Positions 39,637 through 50,203 of a stretch of DNA of 64,000 bases are shown here, piece by piece. Made by a program: the position numbers and the translations under genes. This DNA comes from Candidatus Latescibacterota bacterium. Its GTDB lineage: Bacteria; Latescibacterota; UBA2968; UBA8231. The notes under the pieces were generated by a model. It was given only the letters and a program-made list of their open reading frames with translations, made no database searches and had not been told where the DNA came from. The stretch's first letter is position 1. Each line of letters begins with the position of its first letter. The stretch covers positions 576,001 through 640,000 of the forward strand of contig CBDAOB010000004.1 of NCBI GenBank assembly GCA_965197905.1, written 5' to 3'.

Positions 39637-40743
39637 CTAGAGCGAAGAGCGGTTCTGCCGCCTGTCTTCCCGCCGTTCCAGTGCCAGTTGAATCAGTCGA
39701 TCGATGAGCTCGCCGTACTCAAGACCGCTGGCCTGCCACAATTTGGGGTACATGCTGATCGGGGTAAAACCCGGGATCGTGTTGATCTCATTGACGTAGA
39801 CCTCGGACTCGTCCGCCGAGACGAAAAAATCAACGCGGGCCATGCCCGCGGCGTCCACGGCGCGAAAAGCCTCTACCGACAATCGTCGGACATGGTCCGA
39901 GGTGCGTTCCGACAGCGTCGCCGGTATGATCAAATCCGAGTTGTCGTCAAGATACTTGGCGTTATAGTCGTAGAACTCGTTGCCCGGTACGATTTCTCCG
40001 AGTACAGAGGTTTTCGGGTCCTCATTGCCCAAAACGGCGCATTCGACCTCGCGGCAGTCCGCGGCATTCGCCTCCACCAGAATCTTGGTATCGTAGCTGG
40101 CAGCTTCGTCCATGCCATCCTTTAGCTCGGCAGGTTCGTGGACCTTCGTGATGCCCACACTCGATCCCAGGTTGGCAGGTTTCACGAAAACCGGATAATT
40201 GAGCACTGCTTCGATCTCCCGTTGGACTTGCATCGGTTCCTGACGCCAACGACCCCTGAGAAAAACGAGATAGGGCAGTTGCTGCAACCCTTCGGCGCGG
40301 AAAACCCGTTTCATCAGCTCCTTGTCCATGGAAACCGCAGAGCCACCCACGCCGGCGCCGACGTAGGCGACGCCGGCAAGTTCCAACAAACCCTGCACAG
40401 TCCCGTCTTCGCCGTACGGACCATGGAGGATCGGAAAAACAACGTCCACGGGCCGGTTTCGGCCGCCGTCGAGCACGCTGCCGTTGGTGACGATCAGGTC
40501 GCTGGTGCCTGGATAATCCAATAGAACCGGTACGAGGTCGTCACCTTGAACGGTTCCCGCAGACAGCACCTTCTGCGCGTCGCCGGCCAACAGCCAGTCC
40601 CCCTCCTTGGAAATTCCTATCATCGTCACGTCGTATTTTTCGGAGTCGATGGCCTCCAACACGGAGCGCGCCGAGGTCACCGAAACTTCGTGCTCGCAGG
40701 ATCTGCCTCCAAAGAGAACACAGACGCGGATCTTTTCTGGCAT
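39637..40743 (-). CDS. ddl: D-alanine--D-alanine ligase
   Basis: GGRSCEHEVS, LHGPYGEDG, GSSVGI and NEINTIPGFT motifs. Confidence 0.95.
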   Translation of the reverse strand: MPEKIRVCVLFGGRSCEHEVSVTSARSVLEAIDSEKYDVTMIGISKEGDWLLAGDAQKVLSAGTVQGDDLVPVLLDYPGTSDLIVTNGSVLDGGRNRPVDVVFPILHGPYGEDGTVQGLLELAGVAYVGAGVGGSAVSMDKELMKRVFRAEGLQQLPYLVFLRGRWRQEPMQVQREIEAVLNYPVFVKPANLGSSVGITKVHEPAELKDGMDEAASYDTKILVEANAADCREVECAVLGNEDPKTSVLGEIVPGNEFYDYNAKYLDDNSDLIIPATLSERTSDHVRRLSVEAFRAVDAAGMARVDFFVSADESEVYVNEINTIPGFTPISMYPKLWQASGLEYGELIDRLIQLALERREDRRQNRSSL

Positions 40744-40921
40744 GAAGAAACCTTTTGGTTCTGCTCTACTAAGGAGGAAACCGATCGGGAAGAGGGCTAT
40801 TTACAAATATATTTGGGCCTTCAAACGGTGTCCATGCGATTGTCTTGCCGCGCCGCAGGCGCTGTGGTAATATCTACCCCTCCTGGAAAAACCCACTCCT
40901 AACCTCCGAGGACGGCACTCC

Positions 40922-42340
40922 GTGAGTGACCCGGCTGAGTTTTCAGTTCCTGTTGGGCAGCGTCAGCTATTTCTGGACGACGTCGGCATCGATCAGCTGA
41001 CTGATCTCAAACGAACCCTGCATCAGCCTGACAAGAAGGGTGCTGTGATTCGCAGTCCGGATCCGGATTCGACGATTCAAACGCGAAATGCTCCTTTTTG
41101 GGACCCTGAGCAGGAGGCATATAAGCTTCGGGTCTTGGCGGTGGAGGAAAACGCCTGGCAGAGTCCGGATGGTTTGCATTGGACACCGAGCCCCGGACCG
41201 GGGCCTGAAAGTGAGCTTAGCGGCGTCAGTATGGTGGTGCGCGATGGACGGGACACAGACTCCGGTCGGCGCTACAAAGCGGCTCTGCTTAATTCCGGAT
41301 TTGCAGTATCTCCGGACGGCATCGATTGGTCCAAGCTGGACGTGCCGCCGATTGAGAGTTCGGATGAGGGCAACTTCAGCTACAATGAAGATGAGGGACT
41401 GTTTATCCACACGGTGAAGCGAGGGACCGACTTTGGACGCTCGGTTGCAATAGCGACCAGCACCGACTTCGAACACTGGGATGATTTCGGAGTTGTATTC
41501 AGCACCGACGCCAAGGACCAGGAGATTGGGCGCGAGGTCATAGAAGCCAGAAGATCCGCTCCGTTGCTGCAGCAGACCGAATTCAACGACCCCGAGCATT
41601 ACAGTATCGAGATCTACAACATGGGGGTGTTCAGGTACGAGGGTTTGTATATCGGCATGCCTTCGGTCTACCATCACACCGGCAAGGTCCCGCCCGAATG
41701 GGAGGGATTCAAGACCATGAACCTGTCGCCCTACATCCGCGAGTGCGTAGAAAAATACGGTGACTACACCGGCTTCTATAACGTGCAGGTTGCCTGCAGT
41801 CGAAATCTCAAGGACTGGAACAGAGTGGCCGAACGTCGGCCCTTCATCGAAACATCGCCAGCAGACAGCGGTGCGTACGATCTACAGACCATCATCGGCC
41901 CCTCCAATGCCATTCTGCGAGGTGACCAGCTGTGGCTCTACTATACGGGAATAAGGAACTACGCGTTTATCACCTCAGGCGGCATAAAGGGATACGACGA
42001 CTATCGAGCGGATTGTGGCGCCATTTGTCTGGCGGTGCTGCGGCGCGACGGATTCGTCTCCCTCGACTCCAGAGATCAGGAGGGATCGGTGCGTACGAGC
42101 CCGTTCCAGCTACAGGGCAATTTTCTGAATGTCAACAGCGACGCTGCACACGGCGAGCTGCGAGTCCGGGTTCTCGACAGCGAGGGCGAGTCACTCGCGG
42201 AATCCGAGATTATCCGCGAAGACAAAATTTGCGAAACCGTGGCTTGGAGGAGTGGGGAAATCGCCAAACACAAAGAAGAAACCGTTCGTTTGGAATTTTT
42301 GTCCCGGAACACTCAACTGTTCTCCTATTGGTTCGATCAG
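40922..42340 (+). CDS. Beta-propeller glycoside hydrolase-like protein; reads through in frame into the next gene
   Basis: QLFLDD, SPDGIDW, LAVLRRDGFVSL and terminal-type LFSYWF motifs. Confidence 0.65.
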
Positions 42341-42352
42341 AAGGGACATGGG

Positions 42353-43105
42353 ATGTTCTCAACTGGGCTCGGCCCCTCGTCCCGTCAGCTGTTGTTTACC
42401 GTTTTCCTTGGATTCCTGCTGACTGACTGTGGCCGTGGGCCGCGGGGGTTAGCACCGGATCTCGAAGCGACAAAGGGTCCTCGACCGAGCACCCGTGAAA
42501 TCCCCGACGATGTCGATTATTTGTTACCCCTGGAAAACTCCATCGTGCGGGAATACAACCTTGCCCGTACCGATCCGCGTCGTTACGCCTTTTTCGTGTC
42601 CCGGGTTAGACCATATTTTGACGGTAACGTCATGAAACGACCGGGATACAATCCGGTGGTCACCCTCGAAGGCGTTGAAGCGGTCGACGAAGCGGTCCGT
42701 TTTCTGCGAAAGGCACGACCGCTTTCTCCTTTGACGGCTTCCCGCGGTCTCTCACGGGCGGCTTTGAGACATGTTGAAGATCAGGGACCGAAAGGAAACG
42801 TCGGCCACGGAGGTAGCGATCGGAGTCTTCCGGGACAGCGGATTGAGATGTTCGGGCGCTCGCGAGGTCGCGTCGGCGAGAACATCGCCTACGGCCCCCA
42901 CGCTGCCCGCGAGGTGGTGATGGGACTGATCATCGATGACGGCGTGGAGAGCCGCGGCCACCGCAAGAACATCTTCAACAGTATCTTCAGGCAGATCGGG
43001 GTGTCGTGCGGGTACCACGAGACCTTTCAGATTATGTGCGTCATGACATTGGCGGAATCGTTCGAAGACGACCCGAAGCTCGAATCCAGCCAGGGAAAGG
43101 AGTAG
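42353..43105 (+). CDS. CAP (SCP)-domain putative lipoprotein
   Basis: Own ATG with hydrophobic leader and Cys; GENIAYG and LIIDDGVESRGHRKNIF motifs. Confidence 0.75.
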   Translation: MFSTGLGPSSRQLLFTVFLGFLLTDCGRGPRGLAPDLEATKGPRPSTREIPDDVDYLLPLENSIVREYNLARTDPRRYAFFVSRVRPYFDGNVMKRPGYNPVVTLEGVEAVDEAVRFLRKARPLSPLTASRGLSRAALRHVEDQGPKGNVGHGGSDRSLPGQRIEMFGRSRGRVGENIAYGPHAAREVVMGLIIDDGVESRGHRKNIFNSIFRQIGVSCGYHETFQIMCVMTLAESFEDDPKLESSQGKE

Positions 43106-43109
43106 ATCG

Positions 43110-44213
43110 ATGCCGCAGTCTGGTTCAATAGGGACGCCCGCCGACAAGCTAGACACCCCTGTGTTGCTGGTGGACCTGGACAAGCTCGAGGCGAATATCG
43201 AGCGCATGGCCCGGATCATAACCAAAGAAGCTGGCGTGGGCTGGCGCCCCCATACGAAGGCGATGAAGATTCCGGCACTGGCCCACATGCTGCAGGACGC
43301 GGGGGCACACGGTGTCACCTGTGCAAAGTTGGGGGAAGCGGAGGTAATGGCGGCAGGCGGAATTCGCGACATCCTCATCGCCAATGAGATCGTCGGCGAA
43401 CCGAAGATTACTCGGCTTGTCAATCTACGCCGTCACAGCGACGTGATGGTCTGCGTCGACTCTGTCGTAAACGTCGAGGAACTGGATCGCGCGGCACAGG
43501 AAAAAGGCGTGCAGCTGCGGGTTTTGATCGAGGTCAACGTGGGGATGAACCGGGCGGGGGTCGAACCGGGAAAACCAACCCTGGAACTGGCGCGCAACAT
43601 AGCTCGGCGCAAGGGGCTGCGTTTGGCAGGATTACAGACCTGGGAAGCGCAGGCAGTAATGGTCGATCCTGAAGAAGAAAAACGGAAGGTAGTGACCGAG
43701 GCGCTCGAAAAGTTCGTCGGCACTGCCGATATGTGCCGCGACGCCGGCATCGACCTAGAGATTCTCAGCTGCGGTGGCACTGGAACCTATTGGATCAGCG
43801 CCTTCCATCCGGGAATCACCGAGGTGGAGGCAGGAGGCGGCATCTACGGCGACGTTCGTTACGTCAAGGACTTCCACGTCGACCATGTGGCGGCACTCAA
43901 GGTGTTGTCGACCGTTAGCAGCCGCTCGAACCCGTCGCGGATCGTCTGTGATGCCGGCCGAAAAACCTTGAGTACGGATGCCTCCGTTCCCGAACTGCTC
44001 AATATTCCCACGATGAAATCTATGAATTTCTCGGCGGAGCACTGCACCATACAGCTCGAGGAGCCGAGTGATCTGCCCAGGGTAGGCGAAAAGATTGAAT
44101 TCGTGGCCGGGTATTCCGATACCACAGTGCTTCTTCACAACGAACTCTATGGAATACGGAACGGGATCGTTGAGACTATCTGGCCTGTGCTCGGCCGGGG
44201 AATGCTCCAGTAG
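43110..44213 (+). CDS. DSD1/D-threonine aldolase-family PLP enzyme
   Basis: LDTPVLLVD, RPHTKAMK, GGTGT and SAEH motifs. Confidence 0.88.
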   Translation: MPQSGSIGTPADKLDTPVLLVDLDKLEANIERMARIITKEAGVGWRPHTKAMKIPALAHMLQDAGAHGVTCAKLGEAEVMAAGGIRDILIANEIVGEPKITRLVNLRRHSDVMVCVDSVVNVEELDRAAQEKGVQLRVLIEVNVGMNRAGVEPGKPTLELARNIARRKGLRLAGLQTWEAQAVMVDPEEEKRKVVTEALEKFVGTADMCRDAGIDLEILSCGGTGTYWISAFHPGITEVEAGGGIYGDVRYVKDFHVDHVAALKVLSTVSSRSNPSRIVCDAGRKTLSTDASVPELLNIPTMKSMNFSAEHCTIQLEEPSDLPRVGEKIEFVAGYSDTTVLLHNELYGIRNGIVETIWPVLGRGMLQ

Positions 44214-44266
44214 CGTACCAACGCCGAACCTCGGGAGAATTTCCGATCGTTGAAGGAGCTGATAAC

Positions 44267-45667
44267 ATCACAAACTCGTTAGATCAACAGCTGGCCGGCC
44301 TGATTTTCACATCCGCGGACGTGCGCTCAAACTTCGAGGTGTTGTGCGACGACCTTGGCAGCCGCTTCGCCGGGACCAAGGAGGAGGAGCAGGCGGCGCA
44401 CTTCCTGGAAGACAAGCTCCAGCAGTACGGTCTTACCGGCGTCCATGCGGAGGCGTTCGAATACCATGGATGGACTCGCGGTGAGGCGCGACTGCGAATA
44501 ACCGAACCGTGGGACCGCGAATTGAAATGCGTCTCGTTGCCCATGTCCCCGCCAGGGTTGGTGCGAGGAACCGTCGTCGACCTGGACCGTGGCGCCCCGG
44601 AAGCCTTCGATCACAACGAGGCGAAACTTCGGGGAAACGTAGCTTTGGTGAACATCGAGAACCCGGTCTCCGCGGGGCGGTGGATCCAGCGGATCGAAAA
44701 ATACAACCGCACGATGCTCGCCGGGGCCAGTGCCTTCATCTTTATGGCAAACGAGGAGGGGTACGGTCCGGTCACGGGCGCCCTTGGTTTCAATCGTTGG
44801 GGTTTGATCCCTGGAATTGCCATATCCCGCGAGACCGGCCTGCAGCTGCGCCGGTTGCTGCGGCGTGGCGACCTGGAGATCGAGATCGAAACGACAGACG
44901 AGGTAGTTCCCAAGACCTCCTGGAATGTGATCGGCGATATCGAGCCGGCCGACGCTCATGACTCCGATATGGTGGTTTTCGGATCCCACTACGACGGGCA
45001 CGACCTCGCCCAGGGCGCCCATGATCCCACCTCGGGTCTTGTAGCGAGTCTGGAGACCATCCGCGCGCTCGCCCTACACAAAGAGCAGCTAAAGCGACCG
45101 GCCCGCGCGATCCTGTTCGGCGTTGAGGAGTTGGGTTTGATCGGCGCACAGGCGTACGTCGATACCCACGGAGAGGATCTCGATCGCACTCGGTTTATGC
45201 TCAACCTGGACGCCGCCGGCGGACCGACCCAAAATGCCCTCTTCGTCTACGGTCAGGATACCCGCGCCTATTTTCGCACCCTTGCAGCGGAATTCGACGA
45301 CGACCTCATCGTGGAAATGGACCTGTCACCCCTAAGAGAGCCAGAGCACATATCCGCCGACCACTATCCGTTCATGGCGGCCGGTGTTCCCAGCGGATTT
45401 GTCAAAGACCCCGGCTTCAGTATCTCCTCCGGATTCTACCATACTGCTCACGACACCATAGACAAGATTCGCCTCATCGACATTAAAGAAGCGGCTTTCC
45501 TCGCGGCGCAACTGTTGTGGAGGGTCACTAACGACGACCATTGGCCGTACTCCAGAATACCCCCCGATGAGCGGCGGAAGCAACTAGAGGAGTACCGACA
45601 GTCCGAAGTGTGCCTTATCGAAGCCGCGGTGGAAAAGCTGCGTGAACAAGCGGAGAAGAAATCATGA
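44267..45667 (+). CDS. M28-family metallopeptidase with PA domain (start uncertain: ATC 44267 or GTG 44321)
   Basis: GSRFAGT, GSHYDG, GVEELGLIGA, SADHYPF and YHTAHDTIDK motifs. Confidence 0.85.
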   Translation: MTNSLDQQLAGLIFTSADVRSNFEVLCDDLGSRFAGTKEEEQAAHFLEDKLQQYGLTGVHAEAFEYHGWTRGEARLRITEPWDRELKCVSLPMSPPGLVRGTVVDLDRGAPEAFDHNEAKLRGNVALVNIENPVSAGRWIQRIEKYNRTMLAGASAFIFMANEEGYGPVTGALGFNRWGLIPGIAISRETGLQLRRLLRRGDLEIEIETTDEVVPKTSWNVIGDIEPADAHDSDMVVFGSHYDGHDLAQGAHDPTSGLVASLETIRALALHKEQLKRPARAILFGVEELGLIGAQAYVDTHGEDLDRTRFMLNLDAAGGPTQNALFVYGQDTRAYFRTLAAEFDDDLIVEMDLSPLREPEHISADHYPFMAAGVPSGFVKDPGFSISSGFYHTAHDTIDKIRLIDIKEAAFLAAQLLWRVTNDDHWPYSRIPPDERRKQLEEYRQSEVCLIEAAVEKLREQAEKKS

Positions 45668-46809
45668 AATGGGACCTGCTGATCAAGGGAGGCGAGTTGT
45701 TGGACCCCGCGCAGCGAATGCGGAAGAAGCTGGATGTGGCGTTCAATGCGGGGCGGGTTGCGGAGACCGGACAAGATCTTGATGCGGATCAGGCGCGCGC
45801 GACTCTGGATGCTTCCGGATTGCTGGTTACCCCCGGGATGATCGATCTCCACGTGCATGTCTTTCCGATGGTCAGCTACCTGGGCGTCGATCCCGACAGC
45901 AGCTGCCTGGCCCGGGGTTCCACGACGGTCGTTGATGCCGGCAGCGCAGGCGCCGACACTTTCGATGCCTTTCGCCATTGGGTAATTGACGTGAGCGCCA
46001 CCGATATCCTCGCTTATCTCAACATAGCGTCCACGGGCATGCTCAGTCCGGAGGTTGGGGAGCTCATGGATCTGAACCACGCGAATGTGGGTAAAGCGTG
46101 TAAGGTCATAGAGCGGCACCGCGATCGCATTCTGGGGGTGAAGGTCCGCCTCACGAGGGATCTGATTGTCAGCGAGCAATCGGGGCTGACTCCTTTGCAT
46201 CGTGCCCGTGAAGCGGCGGATGCGGCCGGTCTTCCGATCATGGTTCATCCACAAGATGCCTATTGCGAATCATTGGACGACATCCTTGCCGTGATGGGTA
46301 AGGACGATGTTTTGACCCACTGCTTCCATAACAAGGATGGGTGTGGTATTCTCGACTCGGGGGGAAAGGTTCGCGACGCTGTGCGGGACGCTATCGAGCG
46401 CGGCGTATTGCTCGACGTCGGTCACGGTCGCGGCTCTTTCGGATGGGACATAGTGGAAACGGCACTGGCCGACGATCTGTTGCCGCACACGATCTCTACG
46501 GACCTGCACACATTGAACATTCACGGGCCGGTATACGATCTGGGCAACGTGTTGAGCAAGTTCATCTACCTGGGCATCGGCTTGGAAGAAGCGTTCACCA
46601 AGGTTACCTCGGTTCCCGCACGTTTTCTTCGCTTGGAGGACCAGATCGGCACCCTAAAACCCGGAGCTCGAGGGGATGCCGTTCTCTTCGAATTGCGCGA
46701 AGGCAGCTTTCAACTTGTGGATGCCTACGACGAGACTCGAACCGGCAGCCAGTACCTCGAGCCTTTAGCGGTGGTCAAGAACGGAGCCGTATACCGGCAA
46801 CAGAGATGA
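45664..46809 (+). CDS. Amidohydrolase/deacetylase (dihydroorotase-like) metallohydrolase
   Basis: PGMIDLHVH, DAGSAG, DVGHGRGSF and ISTDLH motifs. Confidence 0.88.
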   Translation: MKWDLLIKGGELLDPAQRMRKKLDVAFNAGRVAETGQDLDADQARATLDASGLLVTPGMIDLHVHVFPMVSYLGVDPDSSCLARGSTTVVDAGSAGADTFDAFRHWVIDVSATDILAYLNIASTGMLSPEVGELMDLNHANVGKACKVIERHRDRILGVKVRLTRDLIVSEQSGLTPLHRAREAADAAGLPIMVHPQDAYCESLDDILAVMGKDDVLTHCFHNKDGCGILDSGGKVRDAVRDAIERGVLLDVGHGRGSFGWDIVETALADDLLPHTISTDLHTLNIHGPVYDLGNVLSKFIYLGIGLEEAFTKVTSVPARFLRLEDQIGTLKPGARGDAVLFELREGSFQLVDAYDETRTGSQYLEPLAVVKNGAVYRQQR

Positions 46810-46818
46810 TGGTGGGTC

Positions 46819-48048
46819 ATGACCTATCAGCAGATCGGAGGAGTGCCAGTATGGGGCGATCCACTGCAGAATGCGGTCGATCAAATTGGGAACTGCACCC
46901 GCGACGCCGAGTACTGCGCCCTCATGGCCGACCATCACCTCGGTGACGCAGTGCCCATAGGCGGCGTCGTCGCGTATGACGGCCAGATCAGTCCTTCGGG
47001 TGTAGGGTACGACATTTCCTGCGGCAACAAGGCGGTGTTGCTGGACGCCGACGCCAGCGAGATCCGCCACCATATCTCCGAACTCATGGATGCCATCTGG
47101 AAGTCGTTGTCCTTCGGCATAGGCCGCCAGAACCGTGAGGCAGTTGATCACGATCTGTTTTACGACGACCCCGCATGGCGATTGAAAGTAGCCGCACCGC
47201 TGAAAGACCTGGCGCGATCTCAATTGGGAACGATCGGCTCAGGAAACCACTTCGTCGATCTCTTTGTGGACGAACGGGAGCGAGTGTGGTGCGGAGTTCA
47301 CTTCGGATCGCGGGGACTGGGACACAAGCTGGCGACCCATTTCATAAAGGCGGGCGGCGGACAGGACGGGATGCACGTGGATCCCGTCTTGCTCGATACA
47401 GACTCCGAATTGGGACAGGAATACATTGCGTGCATGTCCATGGCCGGCCGCTACGCCTATGCCGGAAGGGATTGGGTGTGTGAAAGGGTAGCTGCGATTC
47501 TTGGAACAGGAATCCTGCAAGAGGTCCACAACCACCATAACTTCGCCTGGCGCGAAACCCACTTTGGACGGGATCTGTGGGTCGTGCGCAAAGGGGCGAC
47601 CCCGGCATGGCCCGGCCAACAGGGTTTCATCGGCGGCACCATGGGTGACATATCAGTCATCGTCGATTTCATCGGCGGCACCATGGGTGACATATCAGTC
47701 ATCGTCGAAGGCGCGGAATGCGAGGAAAGCGAGATCGCGCTCTATTCCACAGTGCATGGGGCGGGACGAGTGTTGTCGCGGACCCAGGCTGCAGGGAAAA
47801 AGCGATGGCGACGGGGCAAAGCCAAAACGCGACAGCCCGGGCTGATCAGCCGTAAGATGATGGTCGACTGGGTGCGTCAAGCAGGTGTGGAGTTGCGGGG
47901 CGCCGGAACCGACGAATCGCCGCACTGCTACAAGAGGCTTCCCGAGGTACTGAAACACCACAACGAGTCCATAAAGATCCTGCATACCCTCACGCCCATA
48001 GGCGTCGCCATGGCCGGCGAGAACGAGTACGACCCCTTTCGCGATTGA
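46819..48048 (+). CDS. rtcB: RtcB-family RNA ligase with an internal 14-aa duplication
   Basis: GYDISCG, GTIGSGNHF, HFGSRG, NHHNFA, RKGATP and STVHGAGR motifs. Confidence 0.92.
   Translation: MTYQQIGGVPVWGDPLQNAVDQIGNCTRDAEYCALMADHHLGDAVPIGGVVAYDGQISPSGVGYDISCGNKAVLLDADASEIRHHISELMDAIWKSLSFGIGRQNREAVDHDLFYDDPAWRLKVAAPLKDLARSQLGTIGSGNHFVDLFVDERERVWCGVHFGSRGLGHKLATHFIKAGGGQDGMHVDPVLLDTDSELGQEYIACMSMAGRYAYAGRDWVCERVAAILGTGILQEVHNHHNFAWRETHFGRDLWVVRKGATPAWPGQQGFIGGTMGDISVIVDFIGGTMGDISVIVEGAECEESEIALYSTVHGAGRVLSRTQAAGKKRWRRGKAKTRQPGLISRKMMVDWVRQAGVELRGAGTDESPHCYKRLPEVLKHHNESIKILHTLTPIGVAMAGENEYDPFRD
47625..47708 (+). repeat. Perfect 42-bp tandem duplication inside rtcB
   Basis: TTTCATCGGCGGCACCATGGGTGACATATCAGTCATCGTCGA occurs twice in tandem. 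Confidence 0.95.
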
Positions 48049-48156
48049 AACCTCAATAGAGCGGTTGCCACGCTGCCGGACGCGTTGCCGCCTACCAGGA
48101 CCCGCCGTATACTTACTCCCTCCAATATCTCAACAGCCGAATCAGCGGAGGTTAGA

Positions 48157-48747
48157 ATGGTGGACATTCATCAATCCTGGAGTCGAGATTTCGACGTCTA
48201 CGACCGCGTGAAGGAACTGAAGATGGACCTGGGGACGAAAGAGACCGCGTTACCCCCATCCGGTTTTCCCATCTGTGGCGTGACCTTCACACCGTCGGGC
48301 CTCGTGTTTATGTCAGGAACGGGAGGTGGCACTGGAGCGGTAACAAACGACGACGGCGACGTCAAAACCGGAAACGCCGCCGGACGCGAAGCAGGCATCA
48401 AACACATCGGGGCCCTGCACTGGGCGCTCGATTCCTACGGAACCCTGAACGACGTCTGGTACTGCGTGAAATGCATCGGCATGGTCAACTCCCACGGCGG
48501 CGCCTCATTCTCGAAATCGCCGGAAGTAGTCAACGGGTACAGCAAAGTATTTCACGACGTCTTCGGAGGCCCCCTGTCAGAATACGCCAACAATGGCTCT
48601 GACAGCTCACTTTCGGGCTGGCACGCACGCAGCGCCGTTGGGGGATTCGATCTTCCCGGCCACTGCATGATCGAACCGGAAATGATCGTGCAGGTCGATC
48701 CCGACTTGGCCTGTCGCATAATAAAGGATCGGGGACCTTGCCTGTAG
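48157..48747 (+). CDS. RidA/YjgF-like protein
   Basis: LVFMSG, GMVNS, VVNGYS and HARSAVG motifs; GGAGG RBS. Confidence 0.7.
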   Translation: MVDIHQSWSRDFDVYDRVKELKMDLGTKETALPPSGFPICGVTFTPSGLVFMSGTGGGTGAVTNDDGDVKTGNAAGREAGIKHIGALHWALDSYGTLNDVWYCVKCIGMVNSHGGASFSKSPEVVNGYSKVFHDVFGGPLSEYANNGSDSSLSGWHARSAVGGFDLPGHCMIEPEMIVQVDPDLACRIIKDRGPCL

Positions 48748-48867
48748 TTTGCGCCACAGATCCAATCTCCTATATTTAGTCCATCATAAAGTGGTCATTT
48801 GACGGCAGCTTGCAGCCACTGTAAAAACTCGCTAAAAAGCCAGCGCACAGGTTTAACCTGAATCGAC

Positions 48868-48932
48868 AGCCCAGGCCTTTGGCCTGGGTTTTTGGTTTTA
48901 GCCCAACGCTCTTTGGCGTGCGGGCTTTTTTT
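48868..48932 (+). terminator. Two tandem hairpin + U-tract structures directly before the metB-like gene
   Basis: AGCCCAGGCC-TTT-GGCCTGGGTTTTT and AGCCCAACGC-TCTTT-GGCGTGCGGGCTTTTTTT. Confidence 0.55.
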
Positions 48933-48947
48933 ATCACTGGAGTAAGA

Positions 48948-50129
48948 ATGGAATCAGCACACAGTCACGGCAGTTCGACCCGTTCGGTTCACGCGGGCGA
49001 AGCTCGGGATAAACCGGATAAATCGCTGACCACGCCAATCGCGCAGACGGCGACCTTCGTGTTCGATACGCTGCAGGAATTCGAGGCTTTTAAAGCCGGT
49101 GAGCGGCAAAACTTCGAATACGGACGCTACGGGAATCCGACCCAGCTGGCGGCAGAGCGAAAGCTGGCGGCATTGGACAACGCCGAGGATGCCCTGCTTT
49201 TCCCGACGGGCATGAGCGCCGTGACCAGCGTACTGATGGCCATGCTTCGAAGCGGTCAGCACATGATCGTCGTCGAGGACTGTTACCGGATGACGGCAAA
49301 ATTCTGTTCGATCATCCAGAAGTTTGGTATCGAGTCAACCTTCGTGAAACCGGGCGACTACGAAACCCTCAACTCTGTGGTGCGACCCACTACGCGGTTG
49401 ATTCTGACCGAGTCACCGACCAACCCGCATCTGAATGTGTTGGACCTGAAGAAGCTGGTGCCGTTCGCCAAGGAACACCGTTTGAAGGTGCTCATAGACA
49501 GCACGCTGGCCACGCCGATCAATCAACGCCCTCTGGAGTTCGGCGTTGACTTGGTGCTGCACAGCGCCACCAAATATCTCGGTGGTCATAACGATCTGCT
49601 GCTGGGTTCGGTGTGCGGGGCCGCCCCGATCGTGGAGGCCATTCGCGAATACTGCAAGGTCGTTGGCACCTCTCCCGATCCAAACTCGTCCTACCTTCTG
49701 ATACGCGGATTGAAAACGCTTTCGCTGCGCGTGCAGCGCCAGAATGAAACGGCCATGCACATCGCGCAATATCTGGAGGGTCACAAAAAGGTCAAACGCG
49801 TTTTTTATCCGGGGCTCGAAAGCCACCCCGACCACCAGATCGCTGTCGAGCAGATGAACGGCTTCGGAGGTTTGATCAGCTTTGAGATCGACGGGGGCTT
49901 AGACTGTGCTCAACGCTTTCTCCACGAGCTGGAACTCCCGTACTTGGCGCCCAGCCTGGGCGGCGTGGAGACGCTCGTATCCCATCCGGCAACCGTCTCT
50001 TATTACGATCTGAGTCGCGAGGAACGCCTCTCGATCGGAATCACCGACGAGCTGGTACGTTATGCTGCCGGCATCGAGGACAGGGAAGATCTTATCGCAG
50101 ACATCGAGCAGGCGCTGAAAAAGATCTGA
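48948..50129 (+). CDS. Cys/Met metabolism PLP enzyme (cystathionine gamma-synthase/lyase family)
   Basis: YGRYGNPT, ESPTNP, HSATKYLGGHND and SLGGVETL motifs. Confidence 0.92.
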   Translation: MESAHSHGSSTRSVHAGEARDKPDKSLTTPIAQTATFVFDTLQEFEAFKAGERQNFEYGRYGNPTQLAAERKLAALDNAEDALLFPTGMSAVTSVLMAMLRSGQHMIVVEDCYRMTAKFCSIIQKFGIESTFVKPGDYETLNSVVRPTTRLILTESPTNPHLNVLDLKKLVPFAKEHRLKVLIDSTLATPINQRPLEFGVDLVLHSATKYLGGHNDLLLGSVCGAAPIVEAIREYCKVVGTSPDPNSSYLLIRGLKTLSLRVQRQNETAMHIAQYLEGHKKVKRVFYPGLESHPDHQIAVEQMNGFGGLISFEIDGGLDCAQRFLHELELPYLAPSLGGVETLVSHPATVSYYDLSREERLSIGITDELVRYAAGIEDREDLIADIEQALKKI

Positions 50130-50203
50130 CTGGAGTCGACCGAGTATTCGCTTTGATAGGCGAGGGTCGTCGCCCAAGTGGGATATTGGACCCGCTCCTA
50201 TGC

